Positions 1-9,441 of a stretch of 64,000 nucleotides of DNA are shown here, piece after piece. Each line of letters starts with the position of its first letter. The first letter of the stretch is position 1. Origin of the DNA: an uncultured Actinomycetota bacterium (lineage in GTDB: Bacteria; Actinomycetota; Actinomycetes; JAHEKZ01); assembly GCA_963718235.1 (NCBI GenBank), contig CAVQYR010000001.1:1152001-1216000 (forward strand). The letters run 5' to 3'. The notes under the pieces were generated by a model. It did not search any database. It was not told the origin of the DNA and was given only the letters and a program-made list of their open reading frames with translations. A program made the position numbers and the translations under genes.

Positions 1-589
1 CTTCCTGACGGGGCTGTCACTGATCGTCGCCATCGGAGCCCAGAACGCCTACGTACTCAGGCTGGGGCTCGGACGAACCCGCGTTGCCCTGGCGGTGATC
101 ATCTGCGCCGTGAGCGACGTCCTGCTCATCCTGCTCGGCATCGCGGGCATCGGTGCGATCGTCAAAGCCGCGCCTGCGGCGCTCACTGTCGTCAAGTGGG
201 TCGGCATCGCCTACCTCGTCGCTTACGGCCTGCGCTCCCTGTGGCGGGCGGGACGTCCCGAGGTGCTCCTCCCTGCCGACAGCGCGACGCCCAGTCGCCG
301 GGTCGTTGCCGCCACCACCCTTGCCTTCACGTTCCTCAACCCGCACGTGTACATCGACACCGTCCTGCTCCTGGGCTCGGTCGGCAACCAGTACGGAGCC
401 CAGCGATGGCTGTTCGCCCTGGGGGCGTGTCTCGCTTCGATCCTGTGGTTCAGTGCCCTGGGGTTCGGCGCTCGGTCTGCCGCACCGCTGATGTCACGAC
501 CGATCACCTGGCGGATCCTCGACACGGGGATCGGGTTAGTCATGCTCCTCATCGCGTGGAACCTGATGCGTACCGACCTGAGCGTGTGA
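1..589 (+). CDS. LysE/ArgO family amino acid exporter (5' end outside window)
   Basis: Frame reads FLTGLSLIVAIGAQNA...TFLNPHVYIDTV, typical LysE/ArgO motifs; hydrophobic. Confidence 0.9.
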   Translation, partial: FLTGLSLIVAIGAQNAYVLRLGLGRTRVALAVIICAVSDVLLILLGIAGIGAIVKAAPAALTVVKWVGIAYLVAYGLRSLWRAGRPEVLLPADSATPSRRVVAATTLAFTFLNPHVYIDTVLLLGSVGNQYGAQRWLFALGACLASILWFSALGFGARSAAPLMSRPITWRILDTGIGLVMLLIAWNLMRTDLSV

Positions 590-700
590 CCGCTCGCCGG
601 GCTACCCGCTCCCTCCGCGAGGTTGCTGGGGTTGCGTGCCGTTCGCGGGTCGCTTCTGCCGGGTCTTCCAGTCCCCACCGTTGGTGAGCATCATGGGGTG

Positions 701-1288
701 ATGACGGCCGATCGCGGCAGCTACCGCACCCGCCCACTGTCTCCGGACACGTGGCAGGACTTCGCTCGCCTTGTGGAGGCCAACAACGGAGTCTGGGGTG
801 GATGCTGGTGCATGGGGTTTCACACTGAGGGGCTGAGCAAGGACCGGACCGCAGCGGACAACCGGGCCGCCAAACGAGCGCATGTGCGCGCTGGGACGGT
901 GCATCAGCTGCTCGTCTATGCGGGGGACGAGTGCGTCGGCTGGTGCCAGTACGGCTCGCCTGCGGAGCTGCCCAACATCAAGAACCCTGGTGCGTACGCC
1001 AGGGAGCTCGAGGACTTGCCGGACTGGCGCATCGGCTGCATCTTCACCGGCAAGGGGCACCGAGGCCGGGGAGTCGCCCGAGCCGCGGTCGCCGGCGTGC
1101 TGGATGCCATTCGCGCGGCCGGTGGTGGGGTCGTTGAGGCTTACCCCGAGCAGGTCGATGACCGACCTCCGCAGCGGGGTGCGTACTTCCACACGGGGCC
1201 CGAGACCTTGTTCGAGGAGTTCGGTTTCACCCGCGACCGTCGGATCGCAAAGTGGCGCTGGGTCATGCGCCTGAGCGTGGACGTCTGA
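701..1288 (+). CDS. GNAT family N-acetyltransferase
   Basis: GCWCM, VGWCQYG, IGCIFTGKGHRGRGVA acetyl-CoA motif, VEAYP. Confidence 0.85.
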   Translation: MTADRGSYRTRPLSPDTWQDFARLVEANNGVWGGCWCMGFHTEGLSKDRTAADNRAAKRAHVRAGTVHQLLVYAGDECVGWCQYGSPAELPNIKNPGAYARELEDLPDWRIGCIFTGKGHRGRGVARAAVAGVLDAIRAAGGGVVEAYPEQVDDRPPQRGAYFHTGPETLFEEFGFTRDRRIAKWRWVMRLSVDV

Positions 1289-1368
1289 GGCGCATCCGTC
1301 GTGTGCCGTGCGAGAGGAAGTCGGCGCTGCGTCCTGGCGGGTGCCCTGGACGTCGTGGACTTCGTGCG

Positions 1369-1728
1369 TCACTCGGCTTGGGGCCGCGGTTTGAAGCGGC
1401 GCACCTCCTGCGGCCAGCCGCACGCTTCGGCGATCTTGCCGGCCCACATTTTGGCGGCCTCCTGGTCGGCCACGTCCACCACGGTGAGTCCGCCCAGGTA
1501 CTCCTTGGTCTCGACGAAGGGTCCGTCGGTGAACACCAACGCGCCGCTGGTCGCGTCAGCGCTGAAGGTCTTGTCGACCTCCTCCTCCAGCCCTCCGGCG
1601 AACACGTAGACGCCCGCAGCCTTCATCTCGTCGACGACCGCCATCGCGAGTGGCCCGCGCCCGCGGAACCACTCCTCGGTGTGGTCGCCTACCCACTGCT
1701 GGTTGAAGTAGATGAGGTACTCGGTCAT
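1369..1728 (-). CDS. YciI family protein
   Basis: TDGPFVETKEYLGG motif. Confidence 0.85.
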   Translation of the reverse strand: MTEYLIYFNQQWVGDHTEEWFRGRGPLAMAVVDEMKAAGVYVFAGGLEEEVDKTFSADATSGALVFTDGPFVETKEYLGGLTVVDVADQEAAKMWAGKIAEACGWPQEVRRFKPRPQAE

Positions 1729-1900
1729 GGCTGCTCCTCCTGCTCTGGCAGACCACGGTGTCCGCCTTCGCCGGCGCCACGAACCGCGAGCGTGGCACTC
1801 GGCACGATAGTGCCCCACCGGCTCCTGCGGGTGGCGCCGGCTTCGGCTGCGTGGTCAGCGAGGAACCGACGACCGGGCCGGTGGTGCCACACTGTCGGGC

Positions 1901-3361
1901 GTGGGACCCACCCCCGCCCCGTTTCTCTCCCGCCGGCAGATGCTGGCCGGGGTGCTCGGTGTCGGGGCCGCAGCGGGACTGTCCGCGTGCGGGCTGCGTC
2001 CTGGACCGACCCCGGTCGGACCGGGTGCGGTGGCCGCGGCGGAGTCCGCCCGCTCCACCACTGGGCGCGTTCGCTCTCTCGCGCTTCGGGCCCAACCGGT
2101 CGAGGTCGATCTCGGTGGTCGGGTCGTCACGACCTGGGGCTACGGAGACACCGTGCCGGGGACGGCGTTCCGGGCCAGCGCAGGTGACCGGGTGCTGGTG
2201 GGGTTCACCAATGACCTGCCGGAGCCGACCAGCGTGCACTGGCACGGCCTGGCGATTCGCAACGACATGGACGGCGTCCCCGGGGTGACCACCCCAGAAG
2301 TCGTCCCTGGCGGATCCTTCGCGTTCGACTTCGTGATCCCGGATCCGGGCACGCACTGGTTCCACCCTCATCACGGGATGCAGCTCGACCGCGGCTTGTA
2401 CGCACCGCTCATCGTCGACGACCCTGCAGAGCCCGGCGGGTACGACGCGGAGTGGGTCGTGGTGCTGGACGACTGGACCGATGGTGTCGGCCCCAGCGCC
2501 GAGCAGATCTACGCCGACCTCGCGGCCGGCAGCTCCTCGGGCATGGGTGGCATGGGGATGGGCGGGATGGACGGCGGAGATGTCAGCTACCCGCTGTACC
2601 TGATCAACGGCCGTGCCCCCACCGACCCCGACGTGCTCACCGCCAAGCCAGGGCAAAGGGTCCGGCTGCGGATCATCAACGCCGGCGCGGACACGATCTT
2701 CACCGTCGCCCTGGGTGGGCATGACCTGACCGTCACCCACACCGACGGTTACCCGGTGCAGCCGGTGACGACCTCGGCGCTGCGCGTCGGGATGGGGGAG
2801 CGCTATGACGCGGTGGTCACCCTCACCGACGGGGTCTTCCCCCTGGTGGCCGAGCCGGTCGGGAAGTCTGGTCTGGCCCGCGCCCTGGTCCGCACCGGGG
2901 CCGGTCCGGCCCCTGCGGTTGACGTCCGGCCCGCCGAGCTCCAGGGCTACCCGCTGACCATGGACGCGTTGCGCGCCGCACCTGGCAGCGCCTTGGCGGC
3001 CAAGGACCCCGACACGGTGCAGGACCTGCTCCTGTCAGGATCGATGGGGCCCTACGTGTGGACGATCAACGGACGCACCTACGACGACACCGTCCCGCTC
3101 ACCATCAAGCAGGGCCAAGCAGGGCGGCTGCGGATCCGCAACCACTCGATGATGCCCCACCCGCTGCACCTGCACGGGCACACCTTCCAGCTCGGTGCCG
3201 CCGGCGGTGCCGGCCCGCGGAAGGACACCGTGCTGGTGCCCGCGATGGGCGCCGTCTCGGTCGACCTGGCCGCCGACAACCCCGGACAGTGGATGGTCCA
3301 CTGCCACAACGCCTACCACGCCGAGGCCGGGATGATGACCCGCCTCGACTACCTCACGTGA
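1901..3361 (+). CDS. Tat-exported multicopper oxidase lipoprotein (MmcO-like)
   Basis: SRRQML Tat signal, LSAC lipobox, copper motifs HWHG, WFHPH, HPLHLHGH, HCHNAYHAEAGM. Confidence 0.92.
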   Translation: MGPTPAPFLSRRQMLAGVLGVGAAAGLSACGLRPGPTPVGPGAVAAAESARSTTGRVRSLALRAQPVEVDLGGRVVTTWGYGDTVPGTAFRASAGDRVLVGFTNDLPEPTSVHWHGLAIRNDMDGVPGVTTPEVVPGGSFAFDFVIPDPGTHWFHPHHGMQLDRGLYAPLIVDDPAEPGGYDAEWVVVLDDWTDGVGPSAEQIYADLAAGSSSGMGGMGMGGMDGGDVSYPLYLINGRAPTDPDVLTAKPGQRVRLRIINAGADTIFTVALGGHDLTVTHTDGYPVQPVTTSALRVGMGERYDAVVTLTDGVFPLVAEPVGKSGLARALVRTGAGPAPAVDVRPAELQGYPLTMDALRAAPGSALAAKDPDTVQDLLLSGSMGPYVWTINGRTYDDTVPLTIKQGQAGRLRIRNHSMMPHPLHLHGHTFQLGAAGGAGPRKDTVLVPAMGAVSVDLAADNPGQWMVHCHNAYHAEAGMMTRLDYLT

Positions 3362-3554
3362 CCTGACACCCACCCCCGCACACACAGCCGGGGACACGGG
3401 TGGTCGCCGGCGACTGCTTGAAGAAGACGACGCGTGCTTCCCGAACGAGCCACCACCATGTCACATGCTGCTCCCGCATACCAGGATGCCATCCGTGACG
3501 AGATGAAGAATCCATCATGTGCGAAGATATCGCAATGAATGGGCGCAGACGCTG

Positions 3555-3896
3555 ATGGCCAGACCACTGCACCAGGCCAAGGCCGACTTCTTCCGGACGC
3601 TCGGGCATCCGGCGCGGATCAGGATCCTGGAGCTCTTGGCCCACCGAGACCATGCTGTGCACGAACTGCTTGACGTGATCGAGATCGAGCCCAGCAACCT
3701 CTCCCAGCAGCTGGCCGTCCTGCGCCGCGCCGGACTCGTGGACCAACGTCGTGAGGCCGGTGAGGTGGTCTACTCCGTCGCCGTGTCAGGTGTCGGCGAC
3801 CTACTCATGGCCGCTCGCGGAGTCCTGCTTCAGTTGATCTCCGACCAGGACCAGCTCAAGGCTCAGCTCCGCAGCACGCGGGCGAGCCGTCGATGA
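3555..3896 (+). CDS. ArsR/SmtB family transcriptional regulator (Rv0081-like)
   Basis: KADFFRTLGHPARIRILELL...SNLSQQLAVLR; heads the operon. Confidence 0.88.
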   Translation: MARPLHQAKADFFRTLGHPARIRILELLAHRDHAVHELLDVIEIEPSNLSQQLAVLRRAGLVDQRREAGEVVYSVAVSGVGDLLMAARGVLLQLISDQDQLKAQLRSTRASRR

Positions 3897-4381
3897 GCCT
3901 GATCCGAGTCGCTCGCCTGATCCGTGGTGCCGGCCGGATCGCGGAGCCGGCGCCCGATGCACCCGAGGCTGCAGCCGCGACGCCACCGGAGCTGGTGGGC
4001 AGCATGCAGCTGCGACACGTCGACGCCGGCTCCTGCAACGGCTGTGAGATCGAGGTCGCCGCCTCGTTCGGTCCGGTCTACGACGCGGAGCGGTATGGGG
4101 CACGGTTGGTCGCATCCCCTCGACATGCCGACGCCGTGCTGGTGACGGGGGTCGTGACCCAGAACATGCTCGAACCACTGCGCCGCACCGTCGAGGCGAC
4201 TCCCAACCCACGCGTTGTGTTCGCAGTCGGGGACTGTGCGCTCAACTGCGGGGCGTTTGCCGGCGCCTACGGTGTCGCCGGGGCGGTTCGGGACGTCGTC
4301 GACGTCGACCTCGAGGTCCCGGGGTGCCCACCGGAGCCGCAGACTATCGTCGAGGCGCTGCGCAGGGTGACAGGCAGGTGA
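3893..4381 (+). CDS. Hydrogenase-related complex small subunit (NuoB/HycG-like)
   Basis: GSCNGCEIE, ASPRHAD, GDCA, PGCPP Fe-S motifs. Confidence 0.9.
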   Translation: MSLIRVARLIRGAGRIAEPAPDAPEAAAATPPELVGSMQLRHVDAGSCNGCEIEVAASFGPVYDAERYGARLVASPRHADAVLVTGVVTQNMLEPLRRTVEATPNPRVVFAVGDCALNCGAFAGAYGVAGAVRDVVDVDLEVPGCPPEPQTIVEALRRVTGR

Positions 4382-6375
4382 CCGCAGTCGAGGTCGGCCT
4401 GCTCGCACACTTGGTGCTCGCGGTTGCTGCAGTCGCGGGGGCCGTCCTGCTCGACGGTCGACGAAGGAACCTCTGGACGGGGTCGCTGTCCGCAGCGATT
4501 GGCGTTGTGGGGGTCACAACGGGAGCGCTGGTTCTGTCAGGCGAGCGAGGACGCGTCCCGCTGCCGACTGCACTCGACTTCGCCCCGTTCGCCCTCGACC
4601 CGGCGCCGTTGGGCGCCTTCTTCATGGTGGTGGTCGGGGCAGTCGGGGCGATCGCCTCGCTCTACGCGATTGGATACGCGCACGGACCGGCGGCGTCTCG
4701 AACCGCTTGGGTGGCGTGGCCACTCTTCCTTGTGGGGATGCAGTTCATCCCTTCGACGGCGGACGCCATCTCTTTCCTGCTCATGTGGGAGGTGATGGCA
4801 GTCGCGTCGGCCGCCCTCGTCCTCACGGACCACGCCCGGAGCGTGGCCGTGCGTTCGGGGGGGCTCTGGTACGCCGTGATGACCCAGCTCAGCTTCCTGT
4901 TGCTGCTGCTCGGGTTCGCCTTGCTTGCGGCTGCGGGTGGTGGCACGTCCTTCGCAGCGATGAGTGCCATCGACCCGTCGTCGGTCCAGTCATCAGCGGG
5001 ATTTGTGCTCCTCGTGGTCGGCTTCGCCACCAAGGCGGGCATCGTGCCGCTCCACGTCTGGCTGCCTAGGGCTCACCCAGTAGCACCGAGTCACGTGTCG
5101 GCGGTGATGAGTGCCGCGATGGTCAAGATGGGCGTGTACGGGGCCTTACTCGTGGCCTGGCAGCTGCTCCCCGACGGTCCGGCCTGGGAGGGGCTTCTCA
5201 TCCTGGGCCTCGGCGCCATCTCAGCGGTCTACGGAATCCTTCAGGCATCCGTTGCCACCGACCTGAAACGGCTGCTCGCCTACTCCACCACCGAGAACGT
5301 CGGACTGATGTTCGTCGCGCTGGGCGTTGCGGCGCTTCCCCACGGCACGTCTGAGGAGGGGCTCGCCGACGTGGCGGTCGCGGCATGCCTTCTTCTCGTC
5401 GTTGGCCATGCTGCGTTCAAGACCACTCTCTTTCTGGGTGCCGGCTCGGTGCTACACGTGACCGGAGAGCGAGATCTTGACCGGATGGGCGGTCTCATGC
5501 ACCGAATGCCCGCCACGGCCACCGCCTTCGGGATCGGTGCGCTTGGTGCCGCCGCCCTCCCGGTCACTGTCGGGTTCGCCTCCGAGTGGGTGCTGCTGCA
5601 GGCACTCATCCACGGAGGTGAGGCGCAAGACCGCCTTATCGCAGTCGTGCTGCCGGTCGCCATCGCACTGGTAGCGCTGACGGCGGGCCTCGCACTATTG
5701 ACCTTTGCCAAGGCGTTTGGCATTGCCTTTCTGGCGAGGGCTCGAAGTGCCGAGACCGAGGCCGCTGTCGAGAGTGGCGCTGCCATGCGCGTTGCCATGC
5801 TGGCCGCCGCCGCGATGGTTGTCGTGCTCGGACTCGTCCCGGGAGCTGTGGTGTCGGTGGCAGCGACTGCTGCAGACCTCACCGGTGTCGGGGCCGTCGG
5901 CCTCGGCGGCATCGACCTCAGCGAGGTCGGCGCGCTGCTCGACCCGGCTGCGCTGACTCTGATGGCTGCGGCGATGGCCGTGCCGGTGATCATCGTCTCG
6001 GCATTCGCCTCCCGACGCCGCGCCCGCCGTCGCGTCGAGCTAGCCTGGGGATGCGGTGGGATGCGGGTCAGCCCTCGGATGCAGTACACCGCAACGTCCT
6101 ACGCCGAGCCTCTCGCGAGAGTCTTCGACGATGCGCTGCGTCCAGAGCGCGACGTGGACGTGACCCACCTGGACGAGTCCCGCTACCTCGTCGAGCGAGT
6201 GCAGTTCCGGCAACAGGTCACCGACGTGGTCGAGGACCGGGTCTACCGGCCGATCGTCGCTGGGGCCGACTGGGTCGGCGTGCTGGCCCGCCGCATCCAG
6301 AACGGCAGTATCCACCGCTACCTCGGGTATGCCTTCGCCGCCCTACTGATCGTGCTGCTGGTGGTGTCGCTGTGA
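4378..6375 (+). CDS. HyfB/HycC-like proton-translocating membrane subunit
   Basis: KAGIVPLHVWLPRAHP, LKRLLAYSTTEN, WGCG; GTG start overlaps previous stop. Confidence 0.88.
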   Translation: MTAVEVGLLAHLVLAVAAVAGAVLLDGRRRNLWTGSLSAAIGVVGVTTGALVLSGERGRVPLPTALDFAPFALDPAPLGAFFMVVVGAVGAIASLYAIGYAHGPAASRTAWVAWPLFLVGMQFIPSTADAISFLLMWEVMAVASAALVLTDHARSVAVRSGGLWYAVMTQLSFLLLLLGFALLAAAGGGTSFAAMSAIDPSSVQSSAGFVLLVVGFATKAGIVPLHVWLPRAHPVAPSHVSAVMSAAMVKMGVYGALLVAWQLLPDGPAWEGLLILGLGAISAVYGILQASVATDLKRLLAYSTTENVGLMFVALGVAALPHGTSEEGLADVAVAACLLLVVGHAAFKTTLFLGAGSVLHVTGERDLDRMGGLMHRMPATATAFGIGALGAAALPVTVGFASEWVLLQALIHGGEAQDRLIAVVLPVAIALVALTAGLALLTFAKAFGIAFLARARSAETEAAVESGAAMRVAMLAAAAMVVVLGLVPGAVVSVAATAADLTGVGAVGLGGIDLSEVGALLDPAALTLMAAAMAVPVIIVSAFASRRRARRRVELAWGCGGMRVSPRMQYTATSYAEPLARVFDDALRPERDVDVTHLDESRYLVERVQFRQQVTDVVEDRVYRPIVAGADWVGVLARRIQNGSIHRYLGYAFAALLIVLLVVSL

Positions 6376-7331
6376 GCGTCGGGGTAGCCGTGCTTGTCGC
6401 CGTGCAGGTGGCCGTCATGGTGGTCGTGGCGCCGTTGCTCGTCGGACTCATGCGACAAGTGCGTGCACGTCTGGAGGGCCGGGTCGGCGCCGGTGTCCTT
6501 CAGCCGTGGCGAGACCTGCGCAAGCTCATACGCAAGGAGCCGCTGCAGGCGGCCGGCACCAGCTGGGTCCAGCTCGTTGGCCCCGTGGTGCTGGTCGTGT
6601 CGAGCCTTGTGGTGTGCGCGCTGACTCCCCTGATGGGCACCTCCACGTTCGAGCAGCTGCCGGATGACCTGTTCGTGGTGGTCTCGGTGTTGCTGGTCGG
6701 CACCGTCGCACTCGCTTTGGTCGGTTTGGACGCTGGCACCGCTTTCGGTGGCATGGGTTCCAGTCGGCACATGACCATCGCTGCCCTCGTCGAGCCGACC
6801 GTCCTGGTCTCCATCTACGCGCTGTCGATTCCAGTTGGGTCATCCGCGCTATCCCAGATCGTGGCGGCCCGCCTCACGGACCCGGTGAGCGTGGCGGCCC
6901 CCGTCAGCCTGCTCGCCCTGCTGGCGCTCACCGTTGCGGTGGTCGCGGAGACCGGCCGTCTGCCAGTCGACAATCCCAGCACCCATCTCGAGCTGACGAT
7001 GATCCATGAGGCGATGGTTCTGGAGAGCTCAGGTCGCGACCTGGGCTGGCTCGAGCTGGGATCCTGGCTGAGGTTGGCGGCGCTCCTCGGTCTGCTCAGC
7101 ACTCTGCTGATTCCCTGGGGAGTCGGCACCGAGGTGACTGCCTCCGCACTGCTGTTGGCGGGGTTTGCGCTCGTCGTCAAGTTGGCGCTCGCCGGTGCGT
7201 TACTCGCCGGAGCCGAGGTCTTCCTGGCCAAGGTGCGACTGTTTCGGGTACCCGAGCTCCTCGCTGGCTCCTTTGTGCTCGCCTTCCTCGCCGTGACCGC
7301 GTCGTACCTGGTGACAGGAGCCGCGGCATGA
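6372..7331 (+). CDS. hycD: HycD/HyfC-like membrane subunit (NuoH family)
   Basis: GRVGAGVLQPWRDLRKL, ETGRLPVDNP, HLELTMIHEAM. Confidence 0.85.
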   Translation: MSVGVAVLVAVQVAVMVVVAPLLVGLMRQVRARLEGRVGAGVLQPWRDLRKLIRKEPLQAAGTSWVQLVGPVVLVVSSLVVCALTPLMGTSTFEQLPDDLFVVVSVLLVGTVALALVGLDAGTAFGGMGSSRHMTIAALVEPTVLVSIYALSIPVGSSALSQIVAARLTDPVSVAAPVSLLALLALTVAVVAETGRLPVDNPSTHLELTMIHEAMVLESSGRDLGWLELGSWLRLAALLGLLSTLLIPWGVGTEVTASALLLAGFALVVKLALAGALLAGAEVFLAKVRLFRVPELLAGSFVLAFLAVTASYLVTGAAA

Positions 7332-7990
7332 ACGAGTCTCTGTACGCGCAACTGCTCGGCATGACGACCGGGGTGCTGCTGCTCTCCGGAGTCCTCCTGG
7401 TCTGGCGTCGATCACTGGTCGCCCAGTGGCGTCTCCTGGCGCTTCAGGGTGTGGCCTTGGCTGCACTGATCCTGGTGCTTGCCACCCACGAGGGCAGTGT
7501 GGAGCTGGTCGGTGTCGCCCTGCTGGTGCTGTTGCTGAAAGGGCTAGTTCTGCCGGCGGTTCTGGCTCGCACGGTGGCAGCGGACACCTGGCACGTGCGC
7601 GAGGAGTCGCCCCTGATCAACACCACTGCTGCGCTCATCAGCGTCTCGCTGCTCACCATGCTCGCGTTCCTGGTCAGCCAGCCTCTGGAGGTGCTCGGCG
7701 ATAGCCCCAACATCGCGGCGGTTCCTGTGGGTGTTGCGCTGGTGCTCTACGGCTTCCTGCTGCTCGTGAGCCGACGACACGCAATCTCCCAGGTCGTCGG
7801 CTTCCTCGTACTCGACAACGGCATCGCCATCGTGGCTTTCCTGACCGCTGGAGGCGTACCTTTCGTCGTCGAGTTGGGCGTCTCCCTGGATGTGCTGCTC
7901 GTCGTCCTGGTCCTGTACATCCTCACCAGCCGGATCCGCGTGGAGTTCGGCGCTGCCGACCTCGACGACCTGAGGGCGCTGCGCGACTGA
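7328..7990 (+). CDS. HyfE/HycP-like membrane subunit
   Basis: Hydrophobic; QVVGFLVLDNGI, VELGVSLDV; operon position. Confidence 0.8.
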   Translation: MNESLYAQLLGMTTGVLLLSGVLLVWRRSLVAQWRLLALQGVALAALILVLATHEGSVELVGVALLVLLLKGLVLPAVLARTVAADTWHVREESPLINTTAALISVSLLTMLAFLVSQPLEVLGDSPNIAAVPVGVALVLYGFLLLVSRRHAISQVVGFLVLDNGIAIVAFLTAGGVPFVVELGVSLDVLLVVLVLYILTSRIRVEFGAADLDDLRALRD

Positions 7991-9441
7991 TGGCTGCCCT
8001 CGTGCTGTTCCCAGTGCTGACCTGCTTCTCGCTGTCCGTCGGGAGCGCCGTCTTCCGGTCGCCCGTGCTGCAGCGGTTTGCAGGTGTCGCTGCGGCCACT
8101 GCGGTTCTGGGGTCTGGGGTGTGCCTGGTTGTCGAAGTCCTGGGTGGAGGTACCCCGACCGCGATCAGTGGGCAGCTTCGCGTCGATGCCCTCTCCGCCT
8201 ACATGTTGACCGTTGTCGGTGCCGTTGGTCTGACGGCGTTGTGGGGCGGCCTTGCCGACCGCACCGCGCCACCGGGTCGCGCATACCCCACCCTGGTCAC
8301 CCTCTTTCTTGGAGCGATGTCGCTGGCCGTCCTGGCAGACAACCTGGGGGTGCTGTGGGTTGCCGTCGAAGCAACGACGATCGCGACCGCGTTCCTGGTC
8401 GGCCACGCTGTCAGCCGAAGGTCGCTGGAGGCTGCTTGGAAGTACGTCGTCCTGGGTTCAGTCGGGGTCGCCATCGCCTTCCTGGGGATTGTCCTCCTCT
8501 ACGCTGCGACGCTGGCTGCTGGGACGCCGACCCTGTCTTGGTCTCAGCTCATAGTGGCGGAGCTCCCGCTCGACCCGGCCCTGATCACCGTGGCTGGTGC
8601 GCTCGCCGTCCTCGGATTTGCCACCAAGGCAGGGCTGGCCCCTGTGCACAGCTGGCTTCCCGACGCACATAGTCAGGCACCGGCGCCGGTCTCAGGCCTG
8701 ATGTCCGGTGTCCTGCTCTCAGTGGCCTTCTACGCCATTCTGCGCGTTCAGGCGGTGGTCGACCCGGTCATCGGACCAGGGTTGATGCGTGGAATGCTCG
8801 TCACCGCCGGCCTATTGTCGCTCACCATCGCGGCGCTGCTGATCTTGCGTCAGCGCGACCTGAAACGCATGCTTGCCTACTCCAGCATCGAGCACATGGG
8901 GCTACTCGCGCTGGCCGCGGCCATCGGTAGCACGTTGGCGCTGTCTGCTGCACTGCTGCACGTGCTGGGTCACGGTTTGGCCAAGTCGAGCACGTTCGTC
9001 ATCTCTGGTCGGGTACTCAGAACCGAGGGCACCACCACCATTGCGTCGATCCGCACGCTCCTGGCTCGCCGACCGGGCGTCGGCATCCCGCTTCTGTTCG
9101 GAATGCTCGCGCTGCTCGGGTTCCCCCCTTTCAGTCTCTTCTTCTCCGAGGTCGGCATCATTGTCGCGAGCGTCCAGGAGGGCATGGTGTGGGCTGCGGC
9201 ACCGGCGGTCCTGCTGCTGCTCGTGCTCTTTGCCGCCCTCGGCCGGCACACCAGAGCCATGCTCTTCGGCGGCTCCTCCGACGAAGACGACGGCCAGGAC
9301 AGGGAAGAACCCGATCGAGATGCGCACGGGCCAGTGCTGCCGATCCTTCTGGCCCTGGGTGCCACTGCAGTCATCGGCTTTGCCTCTGGTTCGTTCGCGA
9401 CCCTGCTGATCGAAGCTGCCAATGTGCTCGGGGGTGCCTGA
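7990..9441 (+). CDS. HyfF/HycQ-like membrane subunit
   Basis: WVAVEATT, EAAWKY, HSWLPDAHSQAP, KRMLAYSSIEHMG. Confidence 0.88.
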   Translation: MAALVLFPVLTCFSLSVGSAVFRSPVLQRFAGVAAATAVLGSGVCLVVEVLGGGTPTAISGQLRVDALSAYMLTVVGAVGLTALWGGLADRTAPPGRAYPTLVTLFLGAMSLAVLADNLGVLWVAVEATTIATAFLVGHAVSRRSLEAAWKYVVLGSVGVAIAFLGIVLLYAATLAAGTPTLSWSQLIVAELPLDPALITVAGALAVLGFATKAGLAPVHSWLPDAHSQAPAPVSGLMSGVLLSVAFYAILRVQAVVDPVIGPGLMRGMLVTAGLLSLTIAALLILRQRDLKRMLAYSSIEHMGLLALAAAIGSTLALSAALLHVLGHGLAKSSTFVISGRVLRTEGTTTIASIRTLLARRPGVGIPLLFGMLALLGFPPFSLFFSEVGIIVASVQEGMVWAAAPAVLLLLVLFAALGRHTRAMLFGGSSDEDDGQDREEPDRDAHGPVLPILLALGATAVIGFASGSFATLLIEAANVLGGA

